Below are positions 1 to 9,496 of a stretch of 64,000 nt of DNA, in pieces. Origin of the DNA: Rhynchopus sp. YZ270_cl-10 (lineage: Eukaryota); contig OZ037840.1 in assembly GCA_964035575.1 (NCBI GenBank), positions 248,001-312,000 on the forward strand, read 5' to 3'. The notes beneath the pieces were generated by a model. It was given only the letters and a program-made list of their open reading frames with translations, was not told where the DNA came from and ran no database searches. Made by a program: the position numbers and the translations under genes. The stretch's first letter is position 1, and the number at the start of each line of letters is the position of its first letter.

Positions 1-673
1 TGATCGTCCGCTCCATTGTTGCCTGCTCCTTCAGGATGTCACGTGCAAACCCTCTCGTTGCCACAAAGTCAATGACAAAGACGCAAGCAGCCGCCAAGGT
101 AACTGTCATAGTGTTGTTCGAGCACGGGGGCGAATCACATTCACTCAAACCACGCAAGTATTGTATCCTCCCCGACTCACCCTCCTGCGGCACAAGACCA
201 GGTAGGTCCAGAAGGCCAAACCTGAAGTACTCCTCCACGCACATGAGAGCCAACCACACAAGCGTCGTGCAGACTAGACCACCGGTGTAGCGTGTGGGCA
301 CCTGCATCACAAGCAGGAGGTCCACAATGAGCACGAGGGGTGCCCAAAACATGTCACCTTTGCAACGAGCAAGCAGGTCTGATAAAAGCACGCCTGCGTA
401 CATTGTGTACGCTATAGCTACGACGAGGAAGGTCCCAAGTTGGACCCCGCACAGTATTAACATGGTACCCACGAACGACGCCACCAGTAACATTGCAGTG
501 GTATACAAACGCACCCCGCTGTACTGGAAGGAGATGATAGAGAAACCCACAAGAAACACAAAGGCCGTCACGCTGATCGCGAAGAACAGCTCCCGCTTCC
601 TCCTCTCCTTTGCGTCAAGTGTGCCATCCAGCGTCAGTGCACCCTCCACCCATCGTGGCCACTGCAGCTTCAT
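1..673 (-). CDS. Multi-pass membrane protein, N-terminal part only (runs off the window start); resembles the membrane region of the expanded diplonemid adenylate/guanylate-cyclase-like family
   Basis: Manual translation from ATG at 673: MKLQWPRWVEGALTLDG...FWAPLVLIVDLLLVMQVPTRYTGG...EEYFRFGLLDLPGLVPQEG...CDSPPC...FVIDFVATRGFARDILKEQATMERTI. About 224 codons with no stop and ~6 hydrophobic segments. Absent from the ORF track because it has no stop in the window. The cyclase call is from recalled family motifs; any catalytic domain would lie outside the window. Confidence 0.7.
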   Translation of the reverse strand, partial: MKLQWPRWVEGALTLDGTLDAKERRKRELFFAISVTAFVFLVGFSIISFQYSGVRLYTTAMLLVASFVGTMLILCGVQLGTFLVVAIAYTMYAGVLLSDLLARCKGDMFWAPLVLIVDLLLVMQVPTRYTGGLVCTTLVWLALMCVEEYFRFGLLDLPGLVPQEGESGRIQYLRGLSECDSPPCSNNTMTVTLAAACVFVIDFVATRGFARDILKEQATMERTI

Positions 674-1435
674 TGCGACAGCCTGGTGCACTGTCCCCCA
701 CAAAAGACGTCAGCCAAAGGCAACCCCACTGTGTAAAAGGTGTGTCCTGTATGTGGGTGGGTGGATATGATAACAAGCTTTGTGAACACAGACTGGGCAG
801 GCTCAGTGCACACCACATGAGAGGGTGCTTTCAGCAGACAAGCGTCCAACAATAGGCAACCTTGCTGTCTCTCTCACTACTATGATATGCTCACACTGTG
901 CACGAAGGTTTTTTTTTCCCCGCATTTTTTTTTTTTTTTTACGCCGACATGTAAAACTCTCCATAATAATTGCAATAAATCAATCAAAGTGTAGCCAGTG
1001 GAGACACACCACAAGGTCAAGGTGACTTGAAGGTGCGAAGATGTTTTATAATGTTGTCGTCCTCCTCGCCATCGAAGGAGGGAAGGAACTAAATACAGCG
1101 CAGTCGAAGAGGGGGGGAATGCGATCAACCAACAAACGACAAATAAAATAGAGGGGCGGGTGTTTCATGGTTTTTTTTTGACTTTGGGTTGTGTTATGCA
1201 AAAAAAAAGGGGGTGGGGGGGGGGAATAAAATATATAATATATGTCATTCATCCTCACTTCTCCCCCCCATCCCTTCTAATGTCCTTCGCTTCAATCAAT
1301 AGCAACACCCAGCTGACTTCTTCTTTTTCTTCTTGTTTTTTGTAGTATCGACACTCACCCTGTCCGAGGATGGGTTCTGTATAAAAACAAAGTCGCCGAA
1401 GGGCTAAAATGAATTTCAAAAGGTAGAATGTATAA

Positions 1436-4400
1436 GGGAAAACAAACTTTCGGTCTGCGTGCGCGTCCTGCGTGCCTGGGTTTTTTTGAGATTTTCAAAA
1501 AAAAAGTTTTTTTCAAAAGGGGAATAGTCAGATTTACCCTACCCTATTTTGAAAAAGTTCAGACTTGCCCCAAATAAGTTCAGACTTGCCCTAAAAACAC
1601 TTTTAGGGCAAGTCTGAACTTTTTTGGGGCAATTCTGAACTTATTTTTAGGGCAAACACTTTTTTTAGGGCAAGTCTGAACTTTTTTGGGGCAAGTCTGA
1701 ACTTATTTTTAGGGCAAGTTGGGAGCTCTTGGGTCACAGAGCCCGGCGGTCGTCGTTTTTGCGTTTCAGAACTTTCTGCTGTGTCGATTCTTGTGATTCT
1801 GCTATTCGCGACTCGAGTCCTGGTAGTGAAATGAGCAACCTATGGTATGCAGCTTTTCGCGCCGCACTGCACTACACCGCGAACCGAGACCCGTACAGAA
1901 AACAGAAAACAGAAGAAAGACGTACCCAAACGCGACTCCTCCTGGTACACGACGTAGTAGTAACAAAAAAAATACCGATTAAGTACAAAGCCTTCGGGCG
2001 ACATTGTGTACATCCTACCTCTGTAGGTGATCGATACAACCAAAGAAAGCATAGTGGTGCACCCTCGGGTGTCTACACTACTGCAACAACGATTTCTATA
2101 GCTACAGTTTCCCCACCTCTACCTTTAACTTTTTAAACGAGGACTGTAACCTCCAAAACCTGATTCTTTTCTTGCTAATAGTTGCTCTGAAAGGTTGCTA
2201 CCTTCCGTAGTACAAAAGGCTTCGGCCAGACCCTAATTCTCTGGGATTACTCGGCGATTGTCGACACAACAAAAAATTCCAGAGGACTTTGTTGGTCGCC
2301 TTACTCATTTGGATCACAACGGTATGTATATGCTACTCATTACAATGTTAGCCACTTCTATTGCCAGACACCGGGGCAAATAGTAAGTGCAAGAAAACTG
2401 CTTTTTGGAAACCAGGAAAACATGATGGACACTCCACTCCACGTGCGGACATGTTTGGCACTTCTGCATGCGTGCAGTATCCAAATGTGTCCCCGTGGGA
2501 CCAAAGTGATAAAGATGTGTCCACTGTGTACAGGGAAAAAACTTTGCGCTCCCCCGGACAGTGCACAATTCAACACCCCTTGTGGGTGGTCTTGTTGCCT
2601 TTTGGAACAACAACGATTTTTCCCACGTTGTTGCATTTTGGCCAGGCATGCTCTTGAAAGCATGACAATTTGATTGCGTATGGACAAAGCAAATAACCAA
2701 GTATGAATTCTGAGTTGAAGTGTGAGAGATGTTGTGGGAAGGGGAGTTCGCTCCTTTCAACGATGACCTCGTTGTTCTTCATAGGCTCGTCTTAACCGAC
2801 CACATAAATAAAATTGTGCCGGCCTCGAAGGAATTCTAAGCACGCCCTCGTGGTAGCTAAACACTGACTCTCTCTCAATTCAACAAAGAAGGAATACTTG
2901 GTAATTTGTGGAGCACCCGTGCATGAAAATTGTAAAACTTTGCGCCCCACGTTGCCCCAGAACACGGCTTCCTTGTAACCGGTTCTGGCCCAACGTGGAC
3001 TGCCTGCTCACCCTTTCCGGGTGGCTGGTGGTTTCTGGCATCATTTTTGGGCTCCGGCTCAGTTAGGCATTTTAGGGCAATATAACAAGTCATACCATGT
3101 GGGGCCCCAAGAGTGCCCCAGCCAAAGTGGCCTGACTTGTTGCCCTAAAATAAGTTCAGACTTACCCTAAAATAAGTTCAGACTTACCCGAAAATAAGTT
3201 CAGACTTGCCCTAAAAAAGTTTTTAGGGCAAGTCTGAACTTATTTTCGGGCAAGTCTGAACTTTTTCATAGGGCAAGTCTGAACTTTTTCAAAATAGGGT
3301 AGGGTAAATCTGACTATTCCCCTTTTCAAAAAAAAGTTTTTTCTGTGGAAAGGCGAATACCGACCCCCCTGCTACCCCCGTCTCCCCCAAAAAAATTTTC
3401 CCATGGAGAGCAATCGGCTCGCGCAATCAAAAGAAGGCAGAGAAAAGGGAAAAGAAAAAAAGAAAAAAGTTGGGTACCGTGCGCCTGCGGCGCTACCTGT
3501 TCCCTACACTCCTTTATTTTTAAACATGATGTACTTATTTATGTACAGTGTTCATTTTCTTTTGAGTATGACTCCACATCCCTTCTCCCTCACGGATAAA
3601 GATCAATTAGGATACCATGGGGCACACCTGCAAGTCTGCCGCAGAGAATAATGAGCTGCTGAACCGTCTCCACCCTCGCTGTGTGAGGGCACCCCCTCCG
3701 AGGACATAACCGTCCTGGTTTTTTTATTTTTACTCTTCTCTGTGGTCACTGAACCCCCACCGCACTACAATACCATAGCTTTCTTCAGTACATTAGTGTT
3801 TCCAGTAAAACACTACAATTTCATGCCAAGTTGGGTTTTCAGACTGAAAATGACCCTTGTTGAGTACGGGTTCATACTTTGTGATAATTTGAGTCACTGA
3901 AATTTTGTCCATTTTTCCGTATATCCCCCACCATAAGCCGGGATTGGTTCGGAAATGCGGTATCCTTACTAAAACCAGAGGAATCTCGTAGTTCCTAGTA
4001 AGGGTACTTCAGTGTATTTTTGTACACACATGTGACCCCACCGTGGAGAGCAATCGGCTCGTGCAATCAAAAGAAAGCAGAAAAAAGGGGGAAAGAAGAA
4101 AAGGAAAAAGTTGGGTACCGTGCGCCTGCGGCGCTACCTGTTCCCAGTCAAAAACACCATAATTTGATCTGAAGTTGGGTTTTCAGTCCTGAAAATGACC
4201 CTTGCTCACGAGTATGGGTTCATATTTTGTAAAAAAATAAGTCACTAAAATTGTTTCCATGTTTCCGTTTTTCCCCCACCACAGAACGGGATTGGCTCGG
4301 AAATGCCACAAAACACTGTTTTCACCCCCTTATACACAGCTGTCTGAGGTGCGTTTTTTTGGTCCCAAAACACGATTTTTCAGATTTTTCCCCCAAAAGT

Positions 4401-4542
4401 TAGCGCGAAGCCTGTTCTCACTCCATGAAAGAAGAACAATTTGAAAAAAACTTTTTTTTAAAACAAACTTTTTTTTGCCTGCCTGCCTGGGTTTTTCTGG
4501 GGGACGTCCCGACGCGCACGCAGACGAGAAGTTTGTTTTCCC
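1436..4542. mobile_element. Non-autonomous TIR element, GGG..CCC ends, TAA TSD (Zator/PIF-Harbinger-type)
   Basis: TIR gggaaaacaaact(ttcg)gtctgcgtgcgcgtc / gacgcgcacgcagac(gag)aagtttgttttccc; TAA at 1433-1435 and 4543-4545; contains nested element 1519-3322. Confidence 0.8.
1519..3322. mobile_element. TIR element with 9-bp TSD (MULE-like) carrying a decayed Cys-rich coding remnant
   Basis: ~52-bp TIR ggggaatagtcagatttaccctaccctattttgaaaaagttcagacttgccc; TSD ttttcaaaa at 1510-1518 and 3323-3331; many subterminal aagttcagacttgccc copies in both orientations. Confidence 0.85.
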
Positions 4543-5076
4543 TAATCTGTATACCTTTTAAGGTATGCAGATCTTCCTCAACCCAATGAAATTCCTGTTA
4601 AGAAAAAACACATTTTTTTTTTCTTTGAAAAATTTGGTTTGTAGTGTAGACACCCAAAGGCTGTGCTTCACTTTTTTATTTTTGTTTTTTTGTTTTTCTT
4701 TGTGCTCGATAATAATTTTGTATCCGTGCGAGACACTGAATATGCCCATCCGTTCCACTAGGTCGCTCCCTTACAGAAGCGAGAGTAAAATAATTTGTTT
4801 GATGTTCAAAACAGACGCGGCAACCACGAAGAAAGGGAAAAGAAGTCTGCCAGGATAATACTATTGCAGCCCGTAGTGGTGGCTGTGTTGTGAGAATTTC
4901 CTATCATAATACATACCGTAATCGTAAAAAAATGTTCGACCGTAAAAAAAAAAAGGTCAAACTTCCAGAAAAAAATCCTGAAAAGGTCGAACATTATTTC
5001 TGGTGTATTCCGGGGGTACCGGAAAATACAAATTTTTCATTCCAATTCACAAATTCACAACTTTTCACAACTCTTC

Positions 5077-6129
5077 CAGGCACTCCGCTAGGTACTAAAG
5101 TTCTGTTGATTGTCAACAGAACTTTTTGAAAATGGGGGAAAAAAGAAAAAAAAAAAAAGTTCTGCTAAGTGGTTCAGACCCGTTCTACCTGTCAAAAAAG
5201 CTCAGGAGAAGAAGATATGGAGAGGTGAGTGCTTAAACGCAGGGCGTTCGCCCCGGGGCGAAAAATATTTTTTTTCGTTAAAAAAATCTTTTCCTGAAAA
5301 AATGACGTTTTATTTCGCCCCAGGGCTTCGCCCCACCGGGGCGAAACCCTGTATAAATAAATAAATAAATAAAAAAAGGGGAAAAAAAAAAAAAAAAGAG
5401 AGACAGATTTCTCCCCACCACCCTGTAGACCCCCCCGGAGGGGGGGTCGCAGAGGGGTGTCCACTGTACTCAAAATCATCCGCAAACCCGCCTGCCGTGA
5501 GAGGAAGTTTCCCCAGCACTCCCGCTCGCTCCTCAATCCTGCAGTCTGCTGAAGGTGTACCGTACCCCCTGTTATAGAAGGTGTCACTGCTCGTGTCAAC
5601 TCTATCTTCAATGGCAGAGAGTTGAAAATAATCAAAATAAGGATGAAGTCTCATATGACGGATGCCTCTCTCTTGTACATCTGCTTGATTAAACAACACA
5701 AAGAGACCCTCAGTGAGGGGGGATTGATGAAATTCTCCATCGTTTTGCTGGTTTTAGTATCAGGAAAGTTCAGCTGTAATATCACTTGTGCTGGGGAAGG
5801 GATCACGCACAAATCGCAAATTTTTTTTGACCATTCAGTACCAGGGATTCACCCCACGAACTAACTTCTCTCCGGCGGGGAAAATTTTTTTGACCTATTT
5901 TAAGCACTAGTAAAAAAACGAAAATTTCGGGGTTTTTGGCATTTCGCCACGATCAGGAAAAAACGATGGCGATAGCGAACGCCCTGCTTAAACGTCCCAA
6001 AAAAGTCAAAATCGGGCGTTGGTAAAAAAAAAAGTTGCGTACCGTGCGCCTGCGGCGCAAGCATGTACCCCACCAACGTGGACCATCAACAGAATATTTT
6101 CAAAATCGGAAATCCTAGCGGAGAGCCTG
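5077..6129. mobile_element. hAT-type MITE copy A (interrupted by the 747-bp element)
   Basis: TIR caggcactccgctagg / cctagcggagagcctg; 8-bp TSD aactcttc at 5069-5076 and 6130-6137. Confidence 0.9.
5240..5986. mobile_element. 747-bp hAT-type non-autonomous element, copy 1
   Basis: TIR cagggcgttcgc / gcgaacgccctg; 8-bp TSD cttaaacg; the empty site is visible in the MITE copy at 7545-7842; near-identical copy at 38168-38914. Confidence 0.92.
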
Positions 6130-6271
6130 AACTCTTCACAAAAAAAAAAAAAAAACACATGGCATATACTATGTTGTGAAGATGTGTGTGAAGTCCCATG
6201 CCCCGGAACACACCAATTACGGTCGATATTTTTTTTACGATTACGGTAATACATGTCACACTACACATAGC

Positions 6272-6736
6272 TAGAGAATGCGCATCATGCGCATGATGCG
6301 CATAATGCGCATAATGCGCATAATTGTGTTATGCGCATGTTTTTTGTGTGTTTTTTTTATGTCATGCGCATACAAAAAAACAAAAGTGGATGCGCATATT
6401 TTTTTGTGTTTTTCTTCATGCGCATGTTTTTTTGTGTTTTTTTGGTATGCGCATAACACATATGTGTGATGCGCATACCAAAAAAACACAAAAAAACACA
6501 AAAAAACACAAAAAAACATGCGCATTTTAGAAAAACACACAAAAAAATATGCGCATCAAAATGCGCATAATGCGCATGACGCGCAAAATTTTGTGTGTTT
6601 TTCTAAATGCGCATATTTTTTTGCTGTTTTTTTTAATGCGCAAAATTTTGTGTTTTTCTCTTAGAAAAAACACAAAAAAATATGCACACGACAATTTGTG
6701 TTTTTTACACAATTTGCGCATGATGCGCATTCTGTA
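6272..6736. mobile_element. MITE built from tgcgca(t) palindromic repeats
   Basis: TIR tagagaatgcgcatcatgcgca / tgcgcatgatgcgcattctgta; interior of (atgcgcata)n and A/T-tract inverted repeats; TSD not clean. Confidence 0.65.
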
Positions 6737-7544
6737 TCTATAGTCTACAGCTGTGGTGTGATGTATTATGTCTTATGGGCAACTCTCAGAATACAGCCAC
6801 CACTACGCAGCTCCGTGGGGAGCTGGGGTTCTATGTGGCATAAGAAAACCACCCCCATGGTGGAGGTGGGTGGGAGGTTGCGGGAGAGTGAGTGAAATAC
6901 ATGAAATCAATTTTTTTTTTTTTTTGTTGAATTTTATTCTTTTTGGTTAGCTCCTCTGTGACAGAGGGGGGAAAAAAGAAACGTTTATAAGATGAACCTA
7001 AGCCTTTCGTGCTTAGTCACCTAACAAAAGAAGAAACAAAAAAGAGGAATGTGTGCAATGTGATTGCATGTGTACGTTGCCCCCATTTTATTTTTCATTT
7101 ATTTCCAAAGCGTCGTAGCATGAGGAAGCAAAGAAAAAAAAAATAATGAATAAATTGGGACAATATCAGAATATGAACTCCCAAGCCCTCCTTTTCTTCG
7201 CTCAGTTCATCGTTGCTCACAATCATTATCGTACACAGTATCAGCTACAATAAAAGATAGAGAAAAAAAAACTGTAGATATTAATGCAGGCACCTCCGAC
7301 TGACCCACGTACGATACCAGCCATCCGGATGAAAGCACAACAAACAACAACAAAAAAAAAATCAAATATGTAACCTTGAGAAGCGGGGTATGCAGGTTTT
7401 TGGATAAAAAAAAACAGAGGAAGATTAGGTAAGACCTAAGCGTAAATCAACCTAACAAAAACTTCCCCATTTTTTTTTTTCTGGAGCCTTCAAATTATTC
7501 GCAAATAAAACACCGAACCACACAAAAAAAAAAACCCCCCCATC

Positions 7545-7842
7545 CAGGCACTCCGCTAGGTACTAAAGTTCTGTTGATTGTCAACAGAACTTTTTGAAAA
7601 TGGGGAAAAAAAGAAAAAAAAACAAAGTTCTGCTAAGTGGTTCAGACCCGTTCTACCTGTCAAAAAAGCTCAGGAGAAGAAGATATGGAGAGGTGAGTGC
7701 TCAAACGTCCCAAAAAAGTCAAAATCGGGCGTTGGTAAAAAAAAAAGTTGCGTACCGTGCGCCTGCGGCGCAAGCATGTACCCCACCAACGTGGACCATC
7801 AACAGAATATTTTCAAAATCGGAAATCCTAGCGGAGAGCCTG
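7545..7842. mobile_element. hAT-type MITE copy B (uninterrupted, 298 bp)
   Basis: Same TIRs as 5077-6129; 8-bp TSD cccccatc at 7537-7544 and 7843-7850. Confidence 0.92.
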
Positions 7843-7851
7843 CCCCCATCA

Positions 7852-7893
<42 letters not shown>

Positions 7894-8304
7894 GAAAAAT
7901 TTCCCGCCCCACTCCAGGGACAGTTTCTTCTTCTTCTTCTTTGCATTTTTTTAAACCGCATCCCCCCTTCTTTAGGTGATGCACTCCACCCACTTCGCCC
8001 TTACCCTTCCGCAATCCATTTAATTTTCATTTCCCCCTAAATATGCAATTTTCTGACACACACACACACAAGTGGGCCATACTCCGTTCAGGCGTTACCC
8101 ACTCTAAACCCGTTATCAAACACACACACACACACAGGGGAATAGTAGGATCGGTAAGTAAAATTTGTTTTCGTTTGATTGCACAAAAATCCTCCTGTTT
8201 TGAGGGATGACGAAAGCAAGCTTTTCGTGGGAATAAGAACATAATCCTTTTCAGCATGGTGTTCCTCCTCCTCCTCCTCCCATTCCTGGACTCCTCCTGC
8301 TGAG

Positions 8305-9010
8305 TCAATCGGAATGGCGAACATTCTTTTTGGCTTGTGTATGAGAGAAGTACATGAACGAGAGTCCCATGAGCAGCAACGTTGCTGAAAGCACCGGACG
8401 CGCGAAGAGCCAAGCCACCGCAATGATGATCAACGTCAACGCCACCGAGAGCAGGAACACCGCCGTCCCAGTCACCCAACGCAGCACCGTGCCAAAGAAC
8501 GGCACGATGTCACCAACAACGTTAACAGGCTCGACACAGATCGACATCCCAATGTACAGCACAAAGAACCCAACCACCCTCAACACCCACAACAACAGGG
8601 TGTTCTGGCTGTGCCGTGCGGCAATCAAACTGGCTGCAGAGTGCGAACCCTTTCCTACCAAAGGCAACACCGAGTTGGGCGCTCCGGTGACCGTACCGTC
8701 TGACTGCATGATACCGACCACACTGATCTGTTCGTTGCTTGGGAAGTAATCGACGGAGACACGCAGATCACCTACCTGCGGCGAATGCGGCTGGGCTCCG
8801 AGGAAGACGTGGTTGCCCTGTACGTGAACATTTGCGCCAATGTTCTTCACATTGTCTGCGTTAAGAAAGAGCCTGCTCGTCGGCAGCGCTGACACCACCT
8901 CACTCGAAGCACGCAGCTCTCCAATCGCAATGTTATTTGCAGTCGTCCGCTGCATGGACAACGACAGAGCAGGGGAAGGGTTCTGATGGCCGTGGGGGAT
9001 CTTGAAGGAG
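8305..9010 (-). CDS. TMEM43: TMEM43/LUMA (DUF1625) family protein, exon 3 of 3
   Basis: Acceptor cacag at 9011-9015. Encodes (N)SFKIPHGHQNPSP..., PQVGDLRVS and four C-terminal TM helices (W.LRVVGFF..YIG; AWLFARP). Model join(11599-11970, 9365-9465, 8305-9010) = 1179 nt, 392 aa, with consistent phases. Confidence 0.88.
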
Positions 9011-9364
9011 CTGTGAGTGGGGGTGGTGGGGGAGGTGGTGTGGACATAATCTGATCAAGGTCACTTTTTCATGCAGTATTAGGGGGTTTGAAAACGTTTG
9101 TTTCAACTTTGTTGTGTTTTTGTTTTTGTTTTTGCTACTCTGTTTGTTTTGTATTGTATTTTCATTGTAGTACTTTGTAAGTTGAGAGGTAGGTGCACTT
9201 CTTTGTTAAGATAGCAGTATTAGGGGGATAAATGAGTGTGTTGCAGTCCAATGAGAGGATTCAGAAGGAAGCAGAATTAGTTTAAAATTGTTTGATTTTT
9301 AGAGGGGGGGGTGCAGCAAAGCGGCTAGGGGGGTATAAAAAGTGTGCGGGTCGTGGCGACATAC

Positions 9365-9465
9365 TTGGAGTTCTTGTACGACGACGACCAGGAGGTGTGG
9401 TAGTCGTAGTTCTTCACTGTGGTGGAGCTGCCTCCTTGCTTCTGCGTCTGGCTGCGGACAGTTTC
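9365..9465 (-). CDS. TMEM43: TMEM43 family protein, exon 2
   Basis: tccag|ETVRSQTQKQGGSSTTVKNYDYHTSWSSSYKNS|gtatgt; continues the EMFQWV-E motif; not in the ORF track. Confidence 0.85.
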
Positions 9466-9496
9466 CTGGATGTGTTGTGTGTTTTTATTTTTTATC

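Larger units (their letters stand above)
4915..6247. mobile_element. TIR element (ACCG..CGGT) hosting two nested hAT elements
   Basis: TIR accgtaatcgtaaaaaaa..tcgaccgtaa; flanking duplication aatacat at 4908-4914 and 6248-6254. Confidence 0.75.

Noticed and set aside
1555..1720. Repeated aagttcagacttgccc units as a possible CRISPR array
   Set aside because: Mixed orientation, no unique spacers, no cas genes and a eukaryotic context; they are subterminal TE repeats.
5192..5864. ORFs inside the 747-bp hAT element as a transposase
   Set aside because: Short, with no recognisable DDE, BED or dimerisation motifs.
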